DNA of 64,000 bases from the human T2T-CHM13v2.0 reference genome, Homo sapiens. Where the stretch lies: the NCBI RefSeq assembly GCF_009914755.1, contig NC_060931.1. The stretch is one strand, 5' to 3'. This document shows, in pieces, positions 47,748-63,876 of this stretch (positions are counted from its first letter, which is position 1; each line of letters starts with the position of its first letter). Below the pieces are notes generated by a model, which saw only the letters and a program-made list of their open reading frames with translations, made no database searches and was not told where the DNA came from. The position numbers and the translations under genes were made by a program.

Positions 47748-48155
47748 CCAGCCTATCAGCCTTTTTGCTGAGGTTATGAAAAAGCGCTATCGGACAGATT
47801 CAGTGTGGGATGTTGTTGCAAGCTCTGGGCCTGGCAGAGGAAATATATTTGAGCGAATACAGTAGAAGCTGCTAGTATATTTTCATTGTCATATTCTCAT
47901 AGCGTCTGCCAGTAATTGGGGGTTATCCTAGCTCCAAAGGCAATGTGTAAAACTCCTTCTTGGAACGTCAAAGGCCTTTAAGATGTAGTTAGTGCTGTAC
48001 TTAACACAGGTAATAGCTATTAGCCTGAAGTATTTCAAGGGTTTAGAGTCATCTCAGAGGAAACCTCAAAGATGAGTTGCACAAAGGAAATCTTTCATGA
48101 GGCCTGATGGATCCTCAGGGCTTTCAATGGGATTCAAGAGGCTGAGTGATGGACA

Positions 48156-48225
48156 GTGTGTGTGTGTGTGTGTGTGTGCATGTGCGTGTGTGTGTATGTG
48201 TGCATGTGCATTGTGTGTGTGTGTG

Positions 48226-48258
<33 letters not shown>

Positions 48259-48290
48259 GAGGCAGAGACAGAGACAGAGACAGAGAGAGC
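48156..48290. repeat. Compound (TG)n-(GA)n-(GAGACA)n microsatellite
   Basis: Directly visible. Confidence 0.95.
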
Positions 48291-48616
48291 CATCCTGGCT
48301 GCTCTTGATATTGGTGTTGTTAATTGAAGCAAGTTAAAAAAAAAAAAAAGCAAAAGCAAAACAAAACAAAACAAATCTAGGACTCTTTTTCCCCTTTTAG
48401 ACAAATCCAGATCCAAATGAGGACTTCAATAAATGCGCAGTAGAGGTCTCTAGCAAAGATCTCTTTTAAATACCATAGTTTTTGAAAATGACAGATGCAG
48501 ATGAAACACTTCAATGTTTAATGTCAAAGTTAATGAAAAATATAATTTGAAGGCAAGAGTGCTACTGGATAATATCTGCAGTAGTGAAGAATTTTAATTC
48601 TAGATGAATTCCAATA

Positions 48617-48691
48617 CTTTCGGGGGCTAAGGTGGGAGGGTCACTTGAGTCCAGGAGTTGAAGACCAGCCCGGGCAACATAGTCAGACCCC

Positions 48692-48740
<49 letters not shown>
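48617..48740 (+). mobile_element. FLAM-like Alu monomer fragment with (CA)n tail
   Basis: gtgggagggtcacttgagtccaggagttgaagaccagcc, then about 22 CA units. Confidence 0.85.
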
Positions 48741-48744
<4 letters not shown>

Positions 48745-49349
48745 TCTAAGTGACTGTTCCTCCAATTTGCTGAATTTACTCATTCATCAATTTATTCATT
48801 TCACAGACCGGTATTGAGTGGCTTTTGTCTGTTAGCATCTGTTGGTCTCTAATGGCTTGAGAATGTGTAAAAATCAAGCACTGCCCTGCAGGAAAAATGA
48901 GTCCAGTAGATAATTCAAATAAGTAAATGCTGTATTCTTTTGAGGCTAATATTCAACTTCTTTTTTTGGTAGCCTAAGGGCCTTGGAATCAGAAAGCAAG
49001 TATTTATAGAGCATCTTCTCTGTGTGGTCCTAACCCGGGCACAGAGAGGGGGATGCACATATAAATAAGACTTAGGACATAGTGTTTGTCTTCTGAAAGG
49101 TAACGGGTTGGAAAGATGCGTTGGATGAGGATATCATGTTGGCAGAGTCTCGTATGAAGGAACCATTTGAGAAATGGCGCCAGAGGTGGATAAGCGTTGG
49201 GATATGGAACTTCAGCAGGACCTGGCAGTTGAACACATAACCTGGCATATATGCGAAAAGTCACTCTAAACCAGTTTGTCAGGAGAAAGATGGTGGATGG
49301 GAGGCTTCTGGAAGAGAAGGTGTTAATACACCACCTGGAAATAAAGATA

Positions 49350-49760
<411 letters not shown>

Positions 49761-50498
49761 TTATTTTTTATTGTAAAAGTAATACGGTTTAAAAAAAGTG
49801 GTTCCAGAGGATATAAAAGGAAGAGTGCTCAGAAATGAAAAATGAAAGTCTTTCTCACCTCCATCCTTAGGCTCACAGTGTAGACTCAACTGAATTTCAC
49901 TTTTTAGCTCTTCTCTCAGTTACAACCATAAACCTGAATGAAAGACTCTACAACTAACTTTTGATCCATAAATTTTGATGATTAATATTACTGCCTCCTC
50001 TCCCTTCTCTTTTGTATTTGTGGATTTATAATACTTACGTTCTCTTCTTAAACCACAAAAATAGGTCTTCTAGGCTTTGACTATTGGTTGGTGGAAAAAG
50101 ACTTAGAACTAACAGACAGCATTTACAATTGTATGATTATGTAAATATTATTCACTATAAAACTTTGAGTAGTGTGATTAGACCCAAAGAAGCATATGTA
50201 ACCCTGTTATTAGGGTTGGTAGTTGCTGTGCTAAAAAGCAAAAATCAATGTGAAACAGGACATGGAGGGTGGCAGGGTCCAATCTGATTCCAAGGTTTGA
50301 GCGTCCAACAGGGCACACATCTCACTGGCAAGCAATTGTTACTTAAGAATAATACAACAATAATTTTTTCTTCCAACGTATGTGTATTATTTTTTCAAAT
50401 GGCTACTAAATCGTTAAGACAAAAATACATATTAAACTGTGTGGACCTACGCAAAAAGGACTGTTGGTACTCCTTTTGGATGGTGTTAAAAAATTGCA

Positions 50499-50800
<302 letters not shown>

Positions 50801-50948
50801 CTAAGTTACTAAGAATGACATGAACTGAGAAAGTTTGGGAACTTCTGACATAATGTTGATTCTAGAAAATTCCTTCTGACTGCTGTGTGGACAATGGGTG
50901 GGAGGGATATAAGAGCAGAAGCAGGGAGATGAGTCAGAAGATTATTGA

Positions 50949-51823
<875 letters not shown>

Positions 51824-51853
51824 ACAGCAAAATAATAATAATAATAATAATAG

Positions 51854-52100
<247 letters not shown>

Positions 52101-52453
52101 ACTAAATAAGCAATGCATTTCACCCATTGCTAGTTATGTCACTGGTTCCGGGGAAGGTTGCAGTTTCTAGGGAGGTGAGTACTTGGGGGCAGCAGCTGTC
52201 AGGAGCACACACAACAAAGTGAATTTTGCTCTCAGCACAAGGACTGTTCACCTTTCATGCTACAGTTTTCTTGCTGGATGTATTCCTCCAGGGCTGTTTG
52301 GGGTGTCAGTGCAAATGTAAAGACAACCTACCAACTGATTTTGTTTTTCAGAGCATTGAGGCTGAAAACTAGAAGGGTTGTGTTCTTAATGTTCTTAAGG
52401 AATTTTTTGACTACCTGACTGGAGCTTATAGATGTCTCAGGGATCATCCCTAA

Positions 52454-52611
52454 CAGCGGCTCTCAACTTTGGGTGCACAGAGGAATCTCTTGGGGGACTT
52501 TAAAAAATGCGGAAGCTAGTGTCCCAGAACCAGTAATTCTGAATTGATTGGTCTGGGGAGTAGTTTGGGCAATGAAATTTACAAAGCTTCCAAAAAGCTT
52601 GAGAATCACTG
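52454..52611. mobile_element. MER5A-like hAT MITE
   Basis: cagcggctctcaacttt...ttctgaattgattggtctgggg...ttgagaatcactg terminal inverted repeats. Confidence 0.8.
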
Positions 52612-53679
52612 AACTGAGAGAGAACCACTTAGAACTTCTTGCTTCTGTGGGCAAGAGGCTGTGAAGATGGAGCATTTCCCATCTCCCAGGTACACAAATG
52701 TGTAGAGGGCTACCACCCTCTGAAGGATGGGGTCTGTGCATCTCAGCTCTAAGCAGTGGCTCATTCAATGGTTTCCTTTTTTTAGCTGTTGAATTGCATT
52801 TTGGAAATCCAGCCAGTCGAGTTGAAAACATCAATTAGAATCTGTTCTTCCTTGTATTAAAGTTTTATTTTTTTTCTCTTTAGGGCTAAAGAAATTGGTT
52901 CTACATTGCTTTTAGACGATACTGACTCGTTAAATGCAATTTCAACGAATGCTAAATTGCTTAATTAGATAATAATATCAAAGAAATTGACCATTATATC
53001 TGGTTATTGACTTTTCAGATGGCCTGTATTACCATTTATATTCTTTCCAGTTGGGTTTTTAAGCATGAAAATAATTTATTGAGGGATTGTTCTTAAAAGC
53101 TATTTTTAATAGCCTAATGGCTTTTTAATTTTCAAATCGTTTATATTCATCAGCTGTAGCCAAGAAAGGGCTCAGATTGCCTCTCCCTCCATGGCCGTTC
53201 CTTCCTCTTCAGTTATTAATTGGTTTTACTTGGATGTAAAGCCATGGGAAGCAGGATTTCCCCCCTATTTATGATGTCAGAAGGGGCACACCATCAAGGA
53301 AATGAACTTTGGGCTGGAAGCCACAAAAATAACCTAAGAAAACCCAATGTTTATTGAATAACTTCTCTATGTTAGGCAATTTATGTAGATTGGATTGCTT
53401 CTAATCCTTTCAGTCATTCTATAATATTAGCGGTATTATCTTTCTTTTGTAGAATGGGAAATGAGGACTCAGGTAAGTAGAATGTCATCGTCATCATTAT
53501 CATCGTCATCATCATTATCATTGTCATCATATCTTCCTCCTCCTCCTCATCATCAAGGCTGACACACATTGACAGGAGGTCATGCATCCCAGTTTACTTT
53601 GTGTCTCTATATAATTTTTAGTAGTGTTTTTTATCGCTTTTGAAATTACCCCAATTAGGACAAGAGAGTAAGTGATCAC

Positions 53680-53900
53680 TCTGCTTATTGGACACTTGAC
53701 AGCTGCCAGGCCCTGTGTCAATCATTTCATATGGATGACCATGCTCAAACCTCCCAACAGTCAATGGGTACTTTTATTACCCTTCCTTTATAGATGGGGA
53801 AACTGAGGCACTGTAAGTCAAGGTCAAGGTGAAGACACTTGCAAAAGTCACAGAGCTGATTCGTGATGGAGCCCAGCTCTAAGCCTAGGCAGCCTCATTT
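53680..53900 (-). mobile_element. MIR
   Basis: ttatagatggggaaactgaggca...cacttgcaaaagtcacagagct. Confidence 0.8.
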
Positions 53901-55336
53901 ACTCTCTATTCTCTTTCTGGTACACCAAGCTGAGTATCAATCAATATCACGATTTCAAAAATCTGGACCAGGGTGAAAGTTCCATGAGACTACTTATTGG
54001 GCAAAAATAGCAAAAACACTATTATAACCACAGGAACACTGAGTTGTTTTGATGTGGTGGAACTCTATTATGAATAAGCGGCAGGAAATCACATTTTCTG
54101 TTGTTAGGCTCTGTAGAGGAAACACAGACTCTTTATATTGAATTAGCTAGAAGAACTTGTGCTTTGAAAGCCATGGGGCAGCTGGACAGGATGCACACAA
54201 TCCTCTCAATTCCTATGAGCTTAATTAGACAAACTCATTGACTGTCAACAGCTATGATTATTTTCCTGGGACCTCAGACTGCCTTAATACAGATATAGCA
54301 TCCAAAGAAAGGGTGGCTGAGGCTCCTGGCTCCTGTGTGCAGCCACTTATAACTGGAGTGCTATCATGCTGCAGAGGAACCAGGAATGAAGTGGGGTATT
54401 TTTGGATGAGGGTGACCAGCTGGGAGGGGAATGAAAGCCAAGTCCTCAGAAAAGCTTGGGAGTGATTTGTGGCTATTAGGTCAGGGGAGAAGAAGGCTTA
54501 GAACAGGGAACTGAGAATAGGCACTTAGAATTCAGAGGGTATATCCTATCAGACATATTTTGTACCATCTCAGGGCTATCACTGATGGGGAGATAGTAGC
54601 TGCAGGAAACAGCATCATCTCCCTCTCTGCATTTGTTTCTAGCTCCTGAGAGAGAAGATAGTGGTATAACTGGTTGGACTGGGTGACATGTCAGTCTGTC
54701 TTTGTAACCTAATTGTGACACTCCTCACCATAAGGCAGTGTGAACATTTACAGAAGACTGTGATGTTGGCTGGGGTCTCCAGTCCCTTGAGACCTAGAGA
54801 AGATTGGCTTAAATCCGCATCTGCCCCTCTGACTGTATGAAGTCCTTGCTAAGACTTTTGCAAATTCCTAGAGGCTTACTATGTTACTATGTTTTGCTCT
54901 CTACTGGCTGTGAGGCCCTCTTCCTTCACACAGTGGTTGGACCATCTTCTAAGCTGTCTTGCTGTCTTCATTCCACACATAATTAGCTTGAATCAATGGT
55001 AGTGTTGCTTAAACAGACAAATTACATTCTTTGCAGAATGAGGTTATGCTGTGTGTTTTGGTCAAGGAAGGGCAGAGTTTTTGTTAGTAGACTTTAGCAG
55101 TCTTTCTTGTCTCTGCAAAACAGCCTTTAATTAAACATTAGATATTTTACAATTCTTAAAATGACTTTGGTGATCCATCACTAGGGGAGTTTTGCTAACC
55201 TTTGATTATAGATTACTTGCTATTTTAATTTTTTTGCCCCTTTCTTCTTTACTCTTTTTGGGATCAAATTTCTTATATAAGGCATTTTGGCTATTTCCCT
55301 TATTGCCCATTCCCTACTGACTTCCAAGTTCTAACA

Positions 55337-55587
55337 CAGTAGTTTTGGCCATGACCTATGGTAAGAAGCATAGCATACCATGACTCAAAACATTTATACA
55401 ATACTTACTCTTGCTACCTCTGATGCACAGGCTTATTTTCTATTCTATGCAATGTAATGCTATGCTAGCCTATCTTGTCCTATCTCATCACATTTCCATT
55501 CCATTTGATTTAAAAATGTTAGTCATGATTCACCAAACTGATTGCAACCCACTGATGTAATAGGACTTGAAATTTTCAAACCACTGC
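55337..55587. mobile_element. hAT-Charlie-type DNA transposon (MER112-like)
   Basis: cagtagtttt...aaactgattgcaacccactgatg...ttcaaaccactg. Confidence 0.5.
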
Positions 55588-56077
55588 TCCTACTTTTTTT
55601 TTTTTAAACTCAAGTGATTTTCCAAGTACTTTTCTGTCACTGTTTTGCTTATGTGAGTCTTAGAATGCGAATCTTTCAAAGACAAGGCCTTGCTTTTGAA
55701 TTCCCCACACTAACTAGTCTAATTCTAAGCACATAGCAAGGTAAAGTAGATATGGCGTTTATTGATCAGTGGAATGATGGGTCCTCTAAACTTCACTGAA
55801 ACCAGAAAGGGACTCTTAGGACTGGAAACACAAGGATAGGTGCCCTCTGCAACTATAGAACATTAGCGACTGGGTGGAGTAGCCCTTTGTAAGTCATCAC
55901 GTGCTCTTCAAAGCCAAGTTTATTTAAACGTGTTTGTTCAGTGGATTTACACTGAACCTCATTGCTGCAGGATTTCCTGCAGAAATTAGAAACACAAGAC
56001 ATACTCCTGACCTCGAGGAGTTCAGGAACTGACAAAGAATTAATTTATAACACAGCAGAATGAATTTATAACAGTGT

Positions 56078-56544
56078 TGCCTTAGTCTGTGTTGTGTTGC
56101 TACAAAGCATCCCTGTATAGCAACACAACACAGACTAAGACAACACTTAGTTGCCTTAGTGAAAACTGGGTAACTTATAAAGAAAAGAGGTTTATTTGGC
56201 GCATGGTAACTCAAGACTGTACGAGAAACATGGCACCAGCATCTGCATCTGAGGGCCTCAGGCTGCTTCTACTATGGTGGAAGGCAAATGGGAGCCAGTG
56301 TGTCCAGAGATCACATGGCTAGAGAGAAAACAAGGTGGGAAGAGGTGCCAGGGCCTATTAAACAATCAGCTCTTGAGGGAGCTAATAGAGTAATAACTCT
56401 CTCATTCCCCCAATTCAGGTCATTAATGTATTCATGAGGAATCTACCTCCATGACCCAAACACCTCTCATTAAGCCCCACTTCCAACACTGGGGATCAAA
56501 TTTCAATATAAGGTTTGGAGGGGACAAATATCCAAACCATAGCA
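56078..56544 (-). mobile_element. MSTB-type MaLR LTR with rearranged end
   Basis: ctgggtaacttataaagaaaagaggtttatttggc...gggacaaatatccaaaccatagca. Confidence 0.85.
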
Positions 56545-57423
56545 AATGAGATTAGTGTTGCACTAGAAGCATGTATGTTGTGAAGTTGGAACCCAGATAG
56601 GGGGTAGCATGGAGGAGATGCTATTTGGACAAGGTCTTATAGGTTGGATTGGTGTCAGTCAAAGGGAAAAACATTTTAGTCAGAAGAGACAGTATGTGCA
56701 AAGGTCACCAGACTTAAGAGTGGATTGCGTTTCAGGAAATGGATGTTGGTTGCCGATGGTTGGAGTAAACGGTGTAATGTACAGGGTGGTCAGAGATAAA
56801 AGGCTGGGGTCAGGTTGTAAAGGATTTTGACCTTGTATGGAAAGCTATCCAATGATTATCAGAGGGGAGTGCAGAGAATAGACTCAAGGCAGAGAGGCTT
56901 GGGGAGGGCAGCTGGTTGGGAGATGAAGGAACTCTGCTTTCAACATCTGCACCAGCTAGGCAGTGACATCAGGGCATGGCTCTCTTGCTGTGGAATCATT
57001 AGTTTCTGCTGTGGCATTCAGGGATGTGCCCTCTAACTAATCAAACTTTGATCTGGCAGTTTCCTTGGAGGGTGTCAGCCAATAGTGGAGGAGTCCTGCA
57101 TGGCATCTGCCAATCATCCTAGGAGCGAGAGGAGAAGAAAGTGAGATCTGCAAGGTGCTTTGGCCGAAATGATGTAAATATCCAATGGCAGTCTCATGTC
57201 GAATGGGTGGCCGATGATCCCATTCATGGTGTAAACTCTCTCAATGATTAGGCAGTGACTATAAACAGCCTGCCCAAATTGGCTTAATCAGATGCAGCCT
57301 TGATCTTGCCAAGGGAAGGATGTATATGATCACACTGTGACATAGGGAGAGAAGAAGAGGAATTATTAGTTTGATTGTTCCTAAATGTCCATCACTGGGC
57401 ACTTAAAAAAAAAAAAAACAGTT

Positions 57424-57719
57424 GGCCAGGTGCGGTGGCTCACGTCTGTAATCCCAACACTTTGGGAGGCCGAGGTGGGTGCATCAGGAGGTCAGGAGAT
57501 CGAGACCATCCTAGCTAACATGGTGAAATCCCGTCTCTACTAAAAATACAAAAAATTAGCTGAGTGTGGTGGTGGGTGCCTGTGGTCCCAGCTACTTGGG
57601 AGGCTGAGGCAGGAGAATGGCGTCAACCCGGGAGGCGGAGCTTGCAGTGAGCCGAGATCACGCCACTACACTCCAGTCTGGGCAACAGAGCGAGACTCCA
57701 TCTTGAAAAAAAAAAAAAA
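57424..57719 (+). mobile_element. AluY-like
   Basis: gagatcgagaccatcc, ggagaatggcgt and gagcttgcagtgagccgagatc diagnostics. Confidence 0.92.
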
Positions 57720-59511
57720 GTCATGCTGAAAGAAAAATAACCTTAATGCATATTAGCCATAATATTACATGGTATTATGCAATATACTACATATTACGTT
57801 ATGCAAGAACAGTGGACTCCTTTCTCTTCCCATCTCCATCCTGTCTCTCAGTGAACTTTAATTGTGATAAACTTACAGAGGTCCACAGCAAGACACATAA
57901 TCAAACTGTGGAAGGAAAAGAGAATCGTGATAGTAGCAAAATAGAAATGATTTGTCATGTACAGTGATCCTCAAAAAGATTTCCTGTTTCACATTGATTT
58001 TTGCTTTTTAGCCCAGCAACTACCAACCCTAATAACAGGGTTACATATGCTTCTTTGGGTCTAGTATGTCTCAGATCTTCCTGAGAGTTTGGAGGTCAGG
58101 CTTCCAGTTTCTGCTTTCTACAGAAACCAGAGAGAGCAGTGAGGGGTGTATCATGCCGCAGCAGAATCCCTGCCTGGCATGCCTCCTTATTTGGGAATGT
58201 GGTGCTGGGTTCCCTATTTTAACTTCTACCCTGGGCACCGATGTGATGCTTGTTTGCAGCAGTTCTGTATCTGTTCACTTGCATCACTACCTCCCATGGT
58301 CCAAGCTGAGCCAAGAAATGGGGAGAAGATGGGATGGGGAGCGGGGGCTCCATCATCTCACGATCCAGAGCCTTGACCATTTTCCTCACACGCCATCTAC
58401 CTGGGGATCTGGGAATTATTTCAGGCCTTTAACGAACAGGCCGATTGCATACCTCTTCTCTGGCAAGGTAGAACTGGTGTCCATCCCTTGGAGGTTCCAT
58501 ATCTTGAGGGAGGGGGGTATGTGGTAAAGGAAAAAGGGGATGAAATGAGGATGGGAGGACTCAGCTTTCAAGGGGCACAGATAACCTCTTTTGGTGACTG
58601 GGACTTGTTCGGCTTTCCTCTGGTAACTAAGGTAACTTCTCAGTACCCTTTTCACTGGGAAAGAAGTCTCTCCATCAGCCCCTCAGCCACCACCACCCTG
58701 CTTCTTCCATCTGCCTCTTGTAGACCTAAACTAACAAATGCCACAAACTTCCCCTCTATCGCTGAGCCCTTCTACAACATCTGTTTGTCTCACCTTGTAC
58801 ATTTGTTGGGGGTTCATGTTTGGAAAGGGCTCTTTTATTCAGAGACTTTATCTTTCCTACAATTTAAGGGCTAAAAAGCTTTACTTTTATGCAATGATGG
58901 TGATATTGCCTGTTACTTGGCTGAAGGAAGAGTTGGCAGCAATATGCAGGCTCCAAAAAAAAATTGCAGATTTTATCTGAGCATGAAAAATGAAGTTCTA
59001 GAACATTCTGCTATCTGCTCATTTAGGGAAGAGGGGCTGAGACCTAAAGGTATGTTATTGATCAAGCACCTGAGAATGGCAGATTGCTGATCTCACCAGG
59101 AATTTAAAAAATGACAAATGAAAAGATCAGAGGCTTGACTTCATTTGGATCTTAAACTGTCCTTACTTGAGTCCTTTCTAGGTGTTACAAAGATGGTGAT
59201 GCTGACAAGAATTCCCAAACAATCATTCTCTGTCATCACCCACCCCCATGCAGGAAATTTACAGCCACTCAAGTTGCTCCTGAGTAGAAGCATAAAAATG
59301 CAGAGGTTGTCTTTGGTCTATGAGTAACACAAGCTACCTGCTAGTTTCCTTCTTCCTGCTTCAGTGGGCTGTGCACACATCTCTAGGACTTATTCATGTC
59401 TAATTTGCCACATCTAAGGCTGATGCTGGCCAAAGGCTTCTCTCTGGCTGCTGTCTAGTGGTGAGTGTGTCCACATCAAAGTTTAGGGTATAAATGCTTA
59501 CTGTTACCCAT

Positions 59512-60340
59512 TGTAGTCAGCTGAACAATGATCCCCCAAGTGATCTTTTCCTTGCAGACATCCATTCTCAGGGAATGCTGTTACCAGGTCTCAATCTCTG
59601 GAATCTGTAAACTTAAAGTTTACCTTATTCAGAGAAAGAGTCTTTGCAGATGCAATCAAGTTAAGGATTTTGAAATGGGGAGACGATTATGTAGGTGGAC
59701 CCTATATGCAATCACACATATCTTTTTTTTTTTTGAGACAGAGTCTCGCTCTGTCAACCAGGCTGGAGCGCAGTGGCATGATCTCGGCTTACTGCAACTG
59801 CCACCTCCTGGGTTCAAGTGATTCTTGTGCCTCAGCCTCCTGAGTAGGTAGGATTACAGGCTTGCACAATCACGCCTGGCTAACTTTTGTATTTTTAGTA
59901 GAGACAGTGTTTCGCCATGATGACAAGGCTGGTCTTGAACTCCTGACCTCAGGTGATCCACCCACCTCAGCCTCCCAAAGTGCTGGGATTACAGATGTGA
60001 GCCACCGCACCTGGCCACATGTATCCTTATGAGGGAGGGAGAGGGAAATTTAACACATGCAGAGGAGAAGGCTATAGAAGATGGAGCAGAGACAGAGATT
60101 TGAAGATGCTGTTCTTAAAGATTGGAGTGATGTGGGCATAAGCCAAGGAATGCCAGCAGCCACCAGAAGTTGGAAAAGGTGAGAAATGAATTCTTTCTTA
60201 GAACCTTTAGAGGGAGTGTGTCTCTGCCAACACCTTGATTTTGGTCAAGTGACATAGATTTTTGACTTCTGACCACCAGAACTGGAGGCCAGCAGGGTGT
60301 TATTTTAAGTGACCCAACTTGTGGTCATTGAAAACAAATG
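59512..60340 (+). mobile_element. MLT1C/D-like MaLR LTR interrupted by Alu
   Basis: tgtagtcagctgaacaatgatcccccaa...gtctttgcagatgcaatcaagttaaggat...gccaaggaatgccagcagccaccagaag. Confidence 0.85.
59722..60016 (-). mobile_element. AluS within MLT1
   Basis: Reverse Alu. Confidence 0.95.
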
Positions 60341-61744
60341 GCTGCTGACATCTGCAGGAGGACTTCCAAGGCCAAAGTTGAGGGCCTGATATTTAGACAC
60401 CCATGCTAGGATCTGTTTGCAGGCATTCATGGCTCATTGTCATCCTACATGAACTTCACAGAAGACCCAGACAATTCTGGCTCACAGATACTAGTAGATT
60501 TGGCTAATCTAGAAAACTAGGCCAAACATCATGAAAGGCAGGGCCTGAGGAAGGCTGCATTCTCAACAGAGGTCATGAAAGAAAGAAGACAGCTCTGCCT
60601 TCTGCAGGCAGCTGCTCCCCACTTTCAGCTCCTTGCCACACTCTGAAAACCCATATCCTATGTCAGGGAATGCAACATGACCAGGAAAGAGAGGATACAT
60701 TAGCCTTCCATTGAGATACTGACTTTGAACTCAGATATGCCTGTTGTGGGAAGGCTGTCCCTCTTCTCCTTGAAAGTTGTTGGATCACAAGACCCTCAGC
60801 TTAACAGCTGCATATTTATGTCCTTCTCTACGGCCAGCAGCTATAATCAGAAAATACCTAGCATTATGCATACCTCACATATTAATCTGGGGAAAGGCGG
60901 AACGGCTTTGTTAGATATGTGATGGCAAGTAGGTGGAGACTGTGACCTGGTCAGGCACAAGTGGTCTTTCCTGTGCCAAACAAAGCCAGGCTGGCCAGTG
61001 TTTATTGGCCTTTTGACTGCAATATCCCCTTCTTAGGACAGAGGCAAGAGGTTCCTGTGGAGAGGTGGGCCAAGGGCCCATCATCATGACAGGCAGCTGT
61101 CTCTGCTCAGAATATTTCCTCTTCTGAGTTGATCATTGCCCTGGAATCAGATTTTGCAGTTCTTTCTCAGGTGGCTTCTTTATTCAATTGACCATTAGAA
61201 GGTCAATCCACTAATCTTCTACACATTGGATGTCTAGATGCTGAGGCTCAAGCTGGGATCCTTCTTTTATATTTTAGAGACAATGTAAAAATCTGCCTCT
61301 ACAAATGAATTGCCTCTTCTGCCTCACTGCCCAAGGAAGAACAGGCTGTGGTGATAGGCAGGCCATAATGACAGTGTGGACAGTTTCAGAATTGTATATA
61401 TAATGCTGGACATTGGAATAATTTGGGTAGCCTTTTGTTGGAATGTCTGTTTTTAACCTTGCCTAAATCCCTGAGGTCTGGGGGTAAAATGCTCCTTACT
61501 TTGCAGTCACTGATCCACTTTAAATTTGCTAAGCCCAAGATTTGTTATCAAAATGGAAAATAGCACTGGCTTCCTGCCTTCATCCTCCTTTAGATGATTA
61601 AAACCAGCTTCTGTGAGCAGAATTTCACCTTCAATGTTCCCCATCCTTCTCCTCCATCACCTGCACTAACTGTCAAATGGTATTTTCTCTTGTCATGTCT
61701 GTACAAGCTTGAGTTTATTCATACCAAGAAAGTTTTATAAGCTG

Positions 61745-62401
<657 letters not shown>

Positions 62402-63052
62402 TAACCACCCTCCACCTCCCTCATCCTCAGACTTTGGCTGATCATTGTGAGAAAGTCATTGTCCTTAAAGAAATATTTCCCTTGTCTTGCTTCACCTCAT
62501 CCTAGCCTTAATAGCAGCTTGGGAAGAACACTGTACTGGGCGGTCAGAAACTTCTCTTCCTACTTTGACTTCCCCCTCACAATATTGTCCCTGTGTTGCC
62601 CCCATGAACTGAATTTACCCTTAGTGAGACTCCAAGGAACTCTGCCCATTGTCAGGAGAATAAAGTACCCCATAGATCTTAAGAGTGTCCACTAGAGAGA
62701 AGCTGTTGCTATTTCATTACATAACATACTGTCCCCCTCACTGTAGTATAAATAAACATATCCTTTTCTCCAGTAATTTTTTTTTCATTTTATGGACATT
62801 GTTAACTGCTAAGGTGTCTTCTTTCACAATATTTATGACAGTTGGCTCATGGTAGTAAATGTCGTGAACCATTTTGATGTTTTCAACCTTATATTCACTG
62901 TATCCCTTGTTTATATTTATTCCTTTTTTCCATTTGGCATTATTTTTACACTCTTTTAAGATGTCTTATATAAATAAGCAAATCCCAGTATACAATACTT
63001 TATACATCAAGTTCTGACTCTGTGAAATCAACAAACTCTGGTTTGTTCCTCA

Positions 63053-63131
63053 CAAGATGGCTGCCCCCATGCATGCTCAAGATGGCTGCTACTTGCACAT
63101 GCTCAAGATGGCTGCCACCCATAAGTGCTCA
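63053..63131 (+). repeat. 3x 25-26-bp tandem repeat with CAAGATGGCTGC core
   Basis: Cores at 63053, 63078 and 63104. Confidence 0.9.
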
Positions 63132-63876
63132 TTGCGTGTTGAGAGAACAGATCTGTGTCATTTGAAGGCAGTAGGCTGGGCCTTCCACCCTGTTTGCCAG
63201 ATACCTAAAATAGACTTCAGTTTGGGATTCAGTAAGCTGTTTTGTAGCCATGGCTAGCATTTGATTAAAGTCACTGTCATGTGGGGGTCTATGGACAAGC
63301 ATCTTTTCCTTGCAGACATCCATTCTCAGGGAATGCTCTTACCAAGCTGTTCTGCTTGGAGCATTTGTGTTTTAGTCTTGTGGGAGTCCTGAGCTTTACA
63401 TTCCACTCAAGAAAGAAAGGACTGAGATGATAGACAGACAGACAACACTGTCACCCCAGCAGAGCCATTATTTCCTCCCACAGAACTCCAAATGATAGGA
63501 GTCCTGGTACCTGGAGTTCCTGCTACAGCAGTAGAGACCTGACACATAGGCACCACCCATTCAGAGTTTTAGCTTTACTTGTCTTTTTGGCTTGAAAGCA
63601 CCTGGAGGCAACAGATGTGTGCATCTGAAGATGCTCGGGGACAAGATGTGTTAAGGTGGATGCAAGAATTTGCTACGTCAACAAGTCAAAACAGCATGCT
63701 ATAACCTGCCCACAGATTGTGTGTGCAGGGACAACTGTCCCTGACCTGCAGACAAGACAGGACTTTGCAGCCAAGCTACTGGACATGGGTGGGGGAAAAG
63801 CAGGTTAGTAAAAGGAGAGTGTAGTAATTTCCTGTGGCTGCTGTGATACATCACCACAAACGAGGAACTTAAACAC

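Noticed and set aside
63053-63131. CRISPR-like repeat-spacer pattern
   Set aside because: Eukaryotic DNA, 12-bp core, related ~13-bp spacers and no cas genes; it is a diverged minisatellite.
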